Below are positions 52,943 to 64,000 of a stretch of DNA of 64,000 nucleotides, piece after piece. The position numbers and the translations under genes are program-made. Under the pieces are notes generated by a model. It was not told the DNA's origin. It worked only from the letters and a program-made list of their open reading frames with translations, and did not search any database. The stretch lies in the NCBI RefSeq assembly GCF_036971445.1, contig NC_091480.1, positions 82,584,001 to 82,648,000 of the forward strand, read 5' to 3'. The stretch comes from Narcine bancroftii. Its lineage: Eukaryota. Every line of letters begins with the position of its first letter. The stretch's first letter is position 1.

Positions 52943-54440
52943 CTAACAGGGAAGAAAGAGCATCAGGTATTTAACTTATTTCACCATTTGGAAGAATAAT
53001 AGAATGAGCTACAATTTGAGCTTAAACATGTACATTATGTTGAAATGTTCTGGGTTTAAGTAAATTTACATGAATTCAAAATTCTCTCAAGAAACTGAAT
53101 TCTTGGTACAAATGTTCCAATTGTTTTAAATAGACAAAATACAAATTGTTAATTTTTACAAATAGAGTAACAAGTAAAAATGAAATATTAGATAATAATC
53201 TCAACAGGCCATTGATATATTTATCAAAATTAATTTGCGTTTCAGGTTTGTAAAATCAGATATTCCACGTACAAATTTGTCCAGATTTAAAAAACTTAAC
53301 CAGATACATTTTTTTGTTCATAGTCTTTGTTAATAATACAGTACAGCTTTGATTACCCGAAATCGGATTCTCCAAAATCCTCATTCATCCAAATTTTTTA
53401 AAAAACAATCAGAAATCCTCATTTATACGAATTTTTTTCAGAGCTGAATTCACCTCACAGATTGAAAAAAATGCACTCAACATGAAATTAGAATGGGGGG
53501 AAAAAGGGGAGAAAATGGCACTGTATATATTCAAGAGAAAAACGTCTGTATGTATTTTGGTCATAGTGTGAAAAGTTAAAAAAAAACCATGAAATTAGAA
53601 TGATGATAGTCTTCATTTCAGGTAACTCCCTCCTCTCTCTTTACTTTTCCCGATTGACTTTTTTTTCCCAACTCTCCCTCTCAAACTGCGTGCCACCGTC
53701 TCCCAGCCACAGGCAGTTGGAAGAATCCCTTGTCCTGACTTCATCCAATTTTTCTATTAGTGTGAAAACCTTACTCGATACTCTTAGAGGATAGTATTTC
53801 ATTCTGCCTCCAAGTTACTTAAAATCTTTATCTACCACTAAGAACTCTGCTTTAAGGAGTGGACAAATAATGAACAAAATCAGATTCAAATTCAACATCA
53901 CCTTCTGACTTGAGTTTAGTACAGACCTCAGAAAATCCAAATCTGGTAGCTCAAATACATTATGCTCCTTGCATTTAATTTTACTGCATTTATCTTTTGC
54001 TACATCTCTAAGAAGAATTAGAGAGTTATGAATTAAACTAGAATACAAACCCATTATCGATTCTAGGCTGTAATTTCAATGTATTATTCAACGCTACAAT
54101 CTTTTGAACAAGCTCTCAAATCTACACCTTTTTTTAATCAATAGTAATAATGATTTTATTATACAGTTGAAAATAAATGTTTTCATACAAGCAGTAATTA
54201 CTGAACATAACTTTCTAAAACAAATACAATGAGAATTATTTGACAAATTTTGTTGATTTTTTTCAGTGATTTATTCCTGATGATGGGAACTACATTTCAG
54301 CCATGAGATGAACAACTTATGCAGAGTACTCTACTGAGAAAGTGGCCAGCTCTTAATTTTCTAACATTTTGGCTATCAATCACACTCTGCTGTTTTAGTC
54401 TGAGAAATGTGAGCAGAATCAGGGAAGCTAGCTGATATTT

Positions 54441-54598
54441 AAAGGAGGAAAAACCCAACACCCAACCCCAACCCACCAATTTTCCCCTGCAACCGTGTCT
54501 GCCTGTCCCTCATGGGACTTGTCAGCCACAATCGAGCCTGCAGCTGACGTGGACTTATACCCCCTCCATAATTCTTCGTCCGCGAAGCCAAAGAAGAA
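54441..54598 (+). mobile_element. RTE-clade LINE short 3' copy
   Basis: Same 3' end and GAA tail as the 22820 copy. Confidence 0.85.
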
Positions 54599-55201
54599 TG
54601 ATGGATCTGATAGGAGGGACATTGGAAATGCATTTCTGCATGTTCCAAAATCCATTGTTATTATTTCTATTTTCTATTATATAAAAAAAACCTACACAAA
54701 AATTAAATGTCACACCCAAAAATAAATAATATAGTTCATCTCAAAAAAGGCTACATTTATCCCCAAGAAAAGAGCACATATTTAGTCATTTATTATTTCT
54801 GTTTGGGTCCTTGCTAATGGATCAAATATAAACAAAGGACTTCAAAAAGGAAATTCTAAGTACTTTCCAATATGAAGGTTTTCTGAGCCTTTATTCCCCT
54901 TCTCCTTGAAATAGAAACTAAGAACAAAAGTATGCAAAGCATGTCCACTCAAAGCCATTTAATATTTCAAAAAAAATCATGGATTTATTTTACTACTGGA
55001 ACCTCAATTTATCAATTCATTAGGATTTGTTAAAGTGCCCATAAATCAAACGGTTGTCTTTGCAGGCATCTCATGAATGCAGCAAAGGAAACACTGCAAA
55101 TTTCACCATTCATTGTCCTTTTTTCCCCCCAGTTAACATAGGAAATATAGAACAATTGCCGTGCAAGATAAGCCAGAGTATTTATTTTATTTAAGACTTA
55201 C

Positions 55202-55347
55202 TTTGAAAAGATAAAAATACACTTGTTTAGTATCAGTGTCCTCCTCTTTGTGAACAGACATGAAAAGATTCTCCACATCCACCACCATTCCCAGCAGTCT
55301 GTTAATCTCATCCTCTGAAACGTTATCCAAGTGAGAAACATGGTCCG
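55202..55347 (-). CDS. KAT2A: KAT2A exon 3
   Basis: [48 protein letters not shown]. 146 nt. Confidence 0.97.
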
Positions 55348-55859
55348 CTAGTGGTCAAACAAATCACAAAAATATTACAAAACATTAAAGAAGATAAAAT
55401 TGGTTTTAATCTCTACTATTATTTTAAATCAAACAAGTTTGATTTGGTGGCTCTGTTGGAGCTACTAGAATTCAATCAACCAAGCTCAAGCTCAAATTTA
55501 TTATAATCTGATTGAATATACTGTATATGACCCAATGGAACAGCATCTCTCTGGACCATGGTGCACACACAAAATTACACAGTATACAGTTCACAATGTT
55601 CATATGAATAATTAAAATAAAAATAGATAAATATTTGGGATGAATTACACGGTTACAGAATGGTGTTCCAGCTCCAGGATCTCTTCAGGAGAGCATATTG
55701 GGTTCAACTACTTTCAGCTGCTTCATCCATAAATTTCCTTCCATTATTAGGATAGAAGTGATGGTGATTGCACGATATTCAATCCCATTCAATTTCTATT
55801 TCCTCTGCCTTTTAGACATTGACCACAGAGTGTCATTTCCACCAGAAGTATAACCACTA

Positions 55860-56362
55860 ACGTCGAGGTACTCGAGATGGCAGAGGTCGACAGCATCGAG
55901 TCCACGCTGCTGAAGATCCAGCTGCGCTGGATGGGTCACGTCTCCAGAATGGAGGACCATCGCCTTCCCAAGATCGTATTATATGGCGAGCTCTCCACTG
56001 GCCACCGAGACAGAGGTGCACCAAAGAAAAGGTACAAGGACTGCCTAAAGAAATCTCTTGGTGCCTGCCACATTGACCACCGCCAGTGGGCTGATAACGC
56101 CTCAAACCGTGCATCTTGGCGCCTCACAGTTTGGCGGGCCGCAGCCTCCTTTGAAGAAGACCGCAGAGCCCACCTCACTGACAAAAGGCAAAGGAGGAAA
56201 AACCCAACACCCAACCCCAACCAACCAATTTTCCCTTGCAACCGCTGCAATCGTGTCTGCCTGTCCCGCATCGGACTGGTCAGCCACAAACGAGCCTGCA
56301 GCTGACGTGGACTTTTTACCCCCTCCATAAATCTTCGTCCGCGAAGCCAAGCCAAAGAAAAG
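55860..56362 (+). mobile_element. RTE-clade LINE, 5'-truncated young copy with TSD
   Basis: Open 142-codon C-terminal frame; 10-bp TSD ATAACCACTA (55850-55859, 56363-56372). Confidence 0.92.
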
Positions 56363-57122
56363 ATAACCACTAGCCTTGATATTCCTAGTCAAGACGACCA
56401 TCAATGACCAGAAACTCAACAAGACTAGCTACATAAACACTGTGTCTAAAAACAGAGCAGAGGCTGGTATCCTGACTCAAGTAATCCAAATCTTTCCACT
56501 CACCAGGAATGTGATGGAATGCTCTACACTTTCTTAGAAAAACCCCCATCTTCCTCCAGAACAAAGTAACCCACTTGACTGAAACCTCATCCACAACATT
56601 CATTCCTCCACCTATTGTGGACTATATGTACCACCTGAAAGCAGCACCAGTTACTCAAAAAGGCACTTCCCAGTTGGTGTAGCGGTTAGTTCAACACCTT
56701 TACAGCGTCGCAATTGGAACCGGGGTTTGAATCCCGTGCTGTCCATAAGGAGTTTGTATGTTCTTTCCATGATGGTGTGGATTTTTTCCAGGGGCTCCAG
56801 TTTTCTTCCACCGATCTTAATCGTACTGGGGGCATAGGTCAATCAGGTGTAATTGAGCAGCATGGGCCATAGGCCCAAATGCCCTGTTATTGTGCTGTAT
56901 GTCTAAATTTTTAAAATTTCTACCACAGAAAAGGGTAAGGACTTCAGGTGCACAAGAACACAAAGATCTGCAGCACCCCTTCCCCCAACCTGCTTATCAT
57001 GCCAATTGGAAATGCATCACCATTCCTTCAGCTCCACTATCTAATTTTTGGAACTCACTTCATAACTGCGTTGTAGGAGTACCTTCACCAGTGGCACTTC
57101 ATTATCTACTTAAGGGAATTAA

Positions 57123-57573
57123 TCCTTTGGACTCCATTTTCCGAGACAACCAACAAGTGCATATACTGAGTCCCGGTTTTCCAGGACTACCAACAAGCGC
57201 ACATTTTCTGTATCCGGTTTTGTGGGACTACCAACAAGTGCATATACTCCGTGTCCCGGTTTTACGGGAATGGTTTTATACCCAACCACCAGTTGTTCAA
57301 AATGTAAAGGGTACCTTTGCAAAGCAGCTGGTTCACCAAATTCCACAACAGGAAAAAGTACTGGAAGTAAAGGTAAGAACATTCAAAATTGTTGTTTGAG
57401 TAACTAGGACTATGTCGGGTATGAACAGGACAGTGACTGGCCAGATATAATGTGGTATCAGTGTCTGAACAGATCAACTAACTCCAGTTTACCCATGGAC
57501 CCAGTCCAGAGTATATATTATGTCCTTACATAATATATGCAAGAATATGTAAAAATGGCTGGAGTCCAAAGGG
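57123..57573 (+). mobile_element. piggyBac non-autonomous deletion derivative
   Basis: TTAA on both sides (57119-57122, 57574-57577); TIRs (T/C)CCTTTGGACTCCA; three 40-41-bp subterminal repeats; TTSCSKCKGYLC cysteine-rich remnant. Confidence 0.82.
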
Positions 57574-57915
57574 TTAAGGATGGGCAATAAAATACTGACC
57601 TCACAAGTGTTGCCTACACCAAAAAAAAAATGAAGGAGTTTGAAAATAATTGTATTCGTTCTTGACACAGCAAACACCACAGTCATTCTGAATCTCATTC
57701 AGAGATACTCAGAAAAGAGTATGAATTTTTAAAATATACCTTGAGAGCATTGGAGTGATTTGGGGATTAAATTGTGGAGCAATGAGTTTTTTTATCCCAC
57801 TGTACAGACCTCAAGGGAAACCCTACTGCGAGAATTGACCAAGTTGCTGAATCATCTAATTTCCACAGTGGCATTAAGTGTCAAGGCAAAATCTCTTATC
57901 GACAAAGATAATTAC

Positions 57916-58039
57916 CTAATGTATGTCCACAACTACGACAGGGTTCACTCAGACTGGCAGCTGGTTGCTGAATATCCATTCTTGGAGCTGTAGGAGGATT
58001 TGGATTTTTCCAGCCATTACACTTACAGGTATCATTAGC
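57916..58039 (-). CDS. KAT2A: KAT2A exon 2 (exon 1 not found in window)
   Basis: ANDTCKCNGWKNPNPPTAPRMDIQQPAASLSEPCRSCGHTL. 124 nt; begins at a splice acceptor (AG at 58041-58040). Confidence 0.96.
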
Positions 58040-58899
58040 CTAGAGAAGTGATACAAATTGATTTTTGAAATAAAAGGTTTAAATCAATGATTTAGCTATT
58101 AGAATCAAAATAGTGTCATGAACATGTCACGAAATTCCAAACCTATTGTAATTTTATGTTTTAAAAGGTTGAAAGATGAAGAGTACTCTGGCACTGGAAA
58201 AGTACCCAATACAAATTTGTAGAGCATTAATAATGACATTGTTAATTTACTAATTCCACAAGGTTTCTGAAATTTACAAGTTAAAAACTATTCTTGCAAT
58301 TCAATGTTCTCCTTTTATCCCACTTTTTAATTTTGATAAAAATTTAAACTATTCAAATTTAATACATGTCCTAATTTTCAAGATCACTTTCACTCTTGCC
58401 CTATTGTGACCACCATAAAGATTTCACAAATTTAATTTTCTGTTCTTGTCCCTCCAATAATGTATTTCCATACATATATGCTCCACTTGTTAATTCCTGC
58501 TGGCTTCTAATAACTTACTGTCCCTTCAGGAAATGTCTCCTCAGCTTTTCATTCAGGCATCTGGCTGATTTTGCTTATACCTGATTTAGGGCCCACATCC
58601 AAAAGGTTAGATACCCTTTTACATCCGATGGATGCTGCGTGATCTGCTGAGTTTCTCCAGCACATGTGTGTATTGCACTCAACCCCAGCATCTGCAGACT
58701 TGCTTCTTTTTTCTCCAAAATATCTTTATTGAGCATCAAAAACAACTTTGTACACATTAAATGGATGTACAATGTGCTCGTTTTTTTAAAACTAAAAAAC
58801 CTACACACAGATACACAAACGTTCTCATATACCCTCATCTGGAACCCCCCCCAGCCCATTCACCTTGATACTTTTGCTGACAGCATCATCAGTTTATTA

Positions 58900-59442
58900 C
58901 TGATTGTTGTGGTACAACCGTCTTCACAGATTGTCTATCTGTCGAGTTCCTTGTTTAACTCCAGAAACTACTGCTTTAGTCACTTCTTCAATTCACCAAC
59001 CATTTCAATTCCGAGTCTCCCTCCCGTGCTCATATGTCCGCTCACGGCCTCGTGTAGTCTCCCACCCACAGATTGGAGGTACCACACCTTATTTTCTGCC
59101 CTGGCCCTCTCCAGCCAGATGGCATTAACATCAACATCACTGCTTTCCATTAAATCTGCTCGCCTTTTCTTTCCCGTCCTACCAGTTCTTCCACCCACCC
59201 ACCCATCCCTCCCTCCCTCCCCCCCATCATTGCTGTCCTCTCCCTCCTTTTTCCACCGATCATCTCCTGCCTTTGCCACCCCCTCCCCATACTCTGTTTT
59301 TTTCCATAATTTGATAAACCCGAAACATCAGTTATGTATTTTTTTTAACCTTTGATACAGAAAGGACTTTGTTTGACCTGCTGAGCTTCTCCAGCATTTA
59401 GTGCTTTTACTTCAACCAGTGTCTAGAGATTTTTGTGATTTA
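58900..59442 (+). mobile_element. Penelope-like element 3' region
   Basis: HFFNSP..LEVPHLIFCPGPLQPDGININI remnant followed by the GACCTGCTGAG.TTCTCCAGCA terminal-repeat motif. Confidence 0.7.
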
Positions 59443-59642
59443 NNNNNNNNNNNNNNNNNNNNNNNNNNNNNNNNNNNNNNNNNNNNNNNNNNNNNNNNNN
59501 NNNNNNNNNNNNNNNNNNNNNNNNNNNNNNNNNNNNNNNNNNNNNNNNNNNNNNNNNNNNNNNNNNNNNNNNNNNNNNNNNNNNNNNNNNNNNNNNNNNN
59601 NNNNNNNNNNNNNNNNNNNNNNNNNNNNNNNNNNNNNNNNNN
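59443..59642. other. Assembly gap (exactly 200 N, probably a placeholder size)
   Basis: Run of N. Confidence 1.
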
Positions 59643-59689
59643 TCTATCTGCTCCGTAAACCATCCCTCCATCTTAATCAAACCCCCCCC

Positions 59690-59691
<2 letters not shown>

Positions 59692-59761
<70 letters not shown>
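59692..59761. repeat. (CA)n microsatellite next to a gap
   Basis: About 35 CA units after a C-run. Confidence 0.95.
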
Positions 59762-59765
<4 letters not shown>

Positions 59766-61714
59766 GAGTTTATAGATAAAGCCTTTCTAATGTACTAATA
59801 AATATAAAGACTCTTAAGAGGTGGGGATAAGGAGACACTTTAGAAGAGTCGCCCCAGCTGTGAGCAGCAATGGCCGGCTATAGTGTGTTGCTTCAGAGAA
59901 TATTTACTTTGGCAATTCTAAATTTTTATTTGTTCCAATTATTATTACTTATTTATTTCTTCGTTTTTTATTTTTTCTGGATGCTGGGGATTTTACTATA
60001 CTTGGAATGTGTTTGCAGCTATTCGTGCTGCATTTTATGACAAAGCTTTCGCTGTAAGATTAAGGTTAAAGTATCTGTTTCCCATGGAGTAATTAGTTAT
60101 CTAGTAGCAGTACATTTTTGATAGAGATGTAAACCGCTAAAATAGATACAAATTCCTGATTGGTGGACAATGCTGGAATTAAGTTGAGTTTTGATTACAT
60201 TGAAGAATGTTGTGATAAAGGGATATTTATTTTCTTTTTTTTAATATAAAGCAAAAACTATTTTCCCAGAGACAAAGGTTTTAAGATCATCACTACAGAC
60301 GAATAGCTATTAAAAAAATCTGTTTAAAGATAAAAGTAGTTAGGTCAGTACACTTGTCAAAAGCATTTTCGAAACAATGGGACACGCTGTTAGAGAGGTA
60401 AAGACTCAACAATTTTCAGAGTTGAAATTAGTAAAATTCTGAAATTTCCTGTTCACTTGTATAAATGGTTGTGCATGAAATGTAATATTATACTCCATCC
60501 CTTCTCAGCTTAAATCAGACATTTAAGCATGGACCGTGTTCTGGCTTTGGAATGACGTATTGGGTAAAAAGAATGTTAAACGTAACTGCAGTCTCAAATT
60601 CAACTTGGACTATCTCAAGATGCATCTCTTTTTCTGTTTGAAAAGGTTTCATAAGTTTCTTTTTTTCTTTTATTGAATTTATTTGTTCCAATTCCAACCC
60701 TCATAAAATAATATCATTAAGCTTGCAATTCTTCATGCCTTGCTGAGTTGTTCCAGAATAAGATAGTATTGAGAAGAAAGGGGAAATTCTTTGCACTTAA
60801 ACAAAAAATTTGCAAATGTTATAGATTTTTGTTAAGAGTTCAATTTTGTGACTGTTCGTTTTGGGGTATGTATTTGCTAGCTTTGGATTTATTTTAAATC
60901 TTCTATTCCTGAATAGGCTAAAACGCAAGCGAAGGAAGATGAGGGCGAGGTCAAAGTAAACTCTTGTTAAGAACCAGCTTCAAGGCTTCAATGATTAGCA
61001 ACCGCTTTAAAATTCAACTTCACTAGTTAATGGAGGATTTTCCAGCTTGTGTTTCTTTTAGTATTGGTTACTCAACTTCTATGAATTGTTGATTATTTTG
61101 TATAACACAATAAATTTTTTGAAAGTCTCTAAGAAATGTAAAAGATTTCTGTTACCCATTTCTAGTCATGGTGAAGCTATCTGATTTTTGACATTTTAAT
61201 CTGATTTTTTTTTTCCTTTTGACATCTTGAAATACACTGATCAGGCTATGTTTTGCCATATTACATCATTTGTTGATTTGCGTTTTCTGCCCAGCTTCAA
61301 TCATTTTCTCTGCACAAGGAAGATTAAGAATTGTGAATCTTTGATTTTTCATGAAAGAGGCTGTGGATGCTCACATTGAATTTATACATCACTTTTGATG
61401 GATTTTTGAGTAGTTAAGGAATCAAGATGGGGCTTGGTGGATGAAGTGGAGCTGAGGTACAAGATTGGACATAAATGGGGTGCAGAGTGGAGTCTTAAAT
61501 ATTGATGTCGTCTAAGTATTTACAGAGGGTAATGATACAGAGGCAGAGGAAGATGTGAGCCATATACAACAAGGAACAACCTTTGGTGTTTGTTCTGTGT
61601 GTTAGTGATTTAGATATAAATATAGAGGGAATAATTTTGTAAATTTACAGATGGCATGAAAATTAATACTGATAGAATAGTTATATTGGTGTATTGATCA
61701 GCTACTAAGATCGA

Positions 61715-62277
61715 CATCACCTACGGCTCCTAGAACGCTTCCATCAGCCCTGTCTCTGCTCCATCCTCAACATTCATTGGAATGACTTCATCACCAACAT
61801 CGAAGTACTCGAGCTGGCAGAGTCCGCAAGCATCGAATCCATGCTGCTGAAGACCCAGCTGTGCTGGGTGGGTCACGTCTCCAGAATGGAGGACCATCGC
61901 CTTCCCAAGATCATGTTCTATGGCGAGCTCTCCACTGGCCACTGAGACAGAGGTGCACCAAAGAAGAGGTACAAGGACTGCCTAAAGAAATTTGGTGCCT
62001 GCCACATTGACCACCGCCAGTGGGATGATATCGCCTCCAACTGTGCATCTTGGCGCCTCACAGTTCGGCGGGCAGCAACCTCCTTTGAAGAAGACCTCAC
62101 TGACAATAGACAAAGGAGGAAACACCCAACCCCAACCCACCAATTTTCCCTTGCAACCGTGTCTGCCTGTCCTGCATCGGACTTGTCAGTCACCAACGAG
62201 CCTGCAGCAGACGTGGACATACCCCTCCATTAATCTTCATCCGCGAAGCCAAGCCAAAGAAAGAAGAAGAAAGAAGA
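61715..62277 (+). mobile_element. RTE-clade LINE 3' copy, more decayed
   Basis: Homologous to 23170-23753, with small deletions, a stop codon and a GAA-type tail. Confidence 0.88.
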
Positions 62278-63643
62278 GTTAGGCCATGGCTAGGTGATGT
62301 AAACAGGTCACAGTTCAGAGTGGATGCAGAGGAAGTTCATGAGGATGGCTTCTGGGATAGAGCATTTCTGTTATGAGGAAAAACATAATGTGATGAGTTT
62401 TTAGTGAAGCGGAGAAGATGGTTGACATAGCTAGAAACAGATCCTTGTAGCAGAGGCTACAATATTTTTTAGGATAATGGGTGGGAGGTTTAAAGGCATT
62501 TGGGAAGGACAACTTTTATATGGACTGAGCAGCCATATAAGCAGATAAGATGCCAAAATTCCAATGTCTAATATAGGAATGTGAAATGGCTAGTATTTAA
62601 ATAATGTAATGGCATTGCATGGAGGTGTTGAGGATCTGCTACAACTAAGCAAGATGCTGGTGGGACTACTTTGAAAAATATTGAGCAAATGTAGCTCAGC
62701 TATGGGAAACACGATTAAGCTGGAAATCTTACAGAAAACATTCACATGATTTGAAGATAGAGTGCTACTTTTCTCCCAGGAAGTTAGGATACTTTTGGGG
62801 GGGGGGGGGGTGGAGAGATTCATAAAATGATGAGTGGTATGTAGAAGGCACGTTTCTCTTCCCATTGTAGGGGAATCTAAAAGAAGGAGGGCATCGATTT
62901 GAGGGGAATGGTTTAAAAGGGACCAAAGGGGGATAAAATGAAACGAGCTGGAACAGCTAGAAGCCTGTACAGTTGTGACGTTTAAAATGCATTTACACTG
63001 GTACATATGAATGGTTAAAAGGGATATGGGCTGAAAGCGGGCTTGGTCGGCTTGGACAGGTTGAACCGATGGCTCATTCATACCTTAGCGAAGGGCTCAG
63101 GCCCGAAACGTTGATTGTCTATCGACGATGCGTGAGTTTCTCCAGCACCTCTGCATCCCGCTGCAGTCACAGCGCCGGCAGCCTGTTCTATTCTACTCCG
63201 GAGAGCCTGTTTTCGTGCTCTGAAACTCGTTTGACACCAAGATGTTCGCAACTTCTACAAAAGATCATCTGAACCATTGAGACCATTTATTCTGACATGA
63301 CTAGCGACGGCTCGTTTCTGGCGACCCGTGTCAACCAGATAGCAGGGTAAATGACCGCAGAGAGGAATGAAGCTCCGACGCTGGCGATGTCATGAGAAGG
63401 GAATATTCCAAATTCCAGGAGCTACCACGTGTACATGTCAGCAATCCAGTAAATTCCTGGAGAATTACTACTCGACCCGCAGTCATTTATTGAAGATTTA
63501 ACCATAATCTTGGAGATGGGGTTTGAAAAGTACCTTCAGGTAAAACACCAGCTATTGATTTGTGACGTCGAGTTCAATGCAAGCAAAATTATTTTTGGCC
63601 ATCGATCCTGTTTGATGTCACTGATGCAAAATAGTTTTCAAAC

Positions 63644-63798
63644 CTTCCTGAAAATTCATCGATGAGTCATTCATGTCACTCATTCTTATTTAAAGCAACG
63701 CTGAGATTCCGCTGTTATTTTCTGCTCCCGCGTCCGGAGCCCAGCAATGTTCAGCAGATTCTGGAAGCGCCTGGGTCTCTGCCCCCCGGGATATATAA
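63644..63798 (+). promoter_or_regulatory. Heat-shock promoter: HSE, AP-1, second HSE, TATA
   Basis: Perfect cTTCc-tGAAa-aTTCa at 63644-63658; TGAGTCA at 63663-63669; aGCAg-aTTCt-gGAAg at 63753-63767; TATATAA at 63792-63798, about 100 nt before the ATG. Confidence 0.8.
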
Positions 63799-63892
63799 GG
63801 TGTGCGTCCCGCGGGCTGCGGCAGCTCAGCCACTGAGATCTGCCCGTTCACAAGCAGCCGCTTTCAGAGCAGCGACAGGAGACGCGGAGACG

Positions 63893-64000
63893 ATGCTGAG
63901 CTGCCGGACCTGGTCCCCTTGCCGTCTGTGCCCGCAGCCTGTGCACACCCTGTGGCCCGTTCCACTCGCCGCCTTTGAGCCGCTCGAATGCACCGCGTGG
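63893..64000 (+). CDS. N-terminal 36 codons of an HSPB9/Hsp30-like small heat-shock protein (runs off the window)
   Basis: MLSCRTWSPCRLCPQPVHTLWPVPLAAFEPLECTAW; the VxTLWP motif resembles non-mammalian Hsp30/HSPB9 N-termini. GC-rich, preceded by TATA and HSE, and in the syntenic position of HSPB9. The alpha-crystallin domain is not visible. Confidence 0.72.
   Translation, partial: MLSCRTWSPCRLCPQPVHTLWPVPLAAFEPLECTAW

Noticed and set aside
57145-57267. Three 40-41-bp repeats that look superficially CRISPR-like
   Set aside because: They are contiguous tandem units without unique spacers, in a eukaryotic intron, inside a TTAA-flanked piggyBac element.
58666-59355. 229-aa plus-strand ORF
   Set aside because: It runs through Penelope remnants and pyrimidine-rich low-complexity sequence out of the element's coding frame.
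63130-63150. Minus-strand CTGGAGAAACTC (LEKL) resembling KAT2A exon 1 KLEKLG
   Set aside because: It is the GAGTTTCTCCAGCA motif of the Penelope terminal repeat, present several times in the window. The flanking codons and donor site do not match exon 1.

Overview
Repeat-rich vertebrate genomic DNA, probably from a cartilaginous fish (inferred from the CR1, V-SINE, Penelope and Rex1 repeat mix). The window has two assembly gaps (14351-14562, 59443-59642). Three genes are recognisable, in the same order as the human DHX58-KAT2A-HSPB9 block. (1) DHX58/LGP2 on the minus strand: nine coding exons from the ATG at 24127 to 22, all GT-AG and in phase. There are no CARDs, and the C-terminal domain exons lie left of the window. 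Two ISRE/IRF-E motifs sit upstream. (2) KAT2A/GCN5 on the minus strand: coding exons 2-18 (58039 to the stop at 30445). Exon 1 is not found in the sequenced part. (3) The first 36 codons of an HSPB9/Hsp30-like small heat-shock protein on the plus strand (ATG 63893), behind a TATA box and a perfect three-unit HSE. Introns carry L1, CR1, Rex1, RTE and Penelope fragments, V-SINEs, and hAT, pogo/Tigger, piggyBac and Harbinger-like non-autonomous elements. I found no convincing novel multi-gene system. The best leads are a MER44/Tigger7-like element and AviRTE-like young LINEs (horizontal-transfer candidates), a possible antisense nesting of the sHSP in KAT2A intron 1, two local inverted duplications, a perfectly homogeneous 53 x 15-bp array, and degenerate Penelope hammerhead motifs. 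Family assignments come from recalled protein and repeat motifs, not from database searches.
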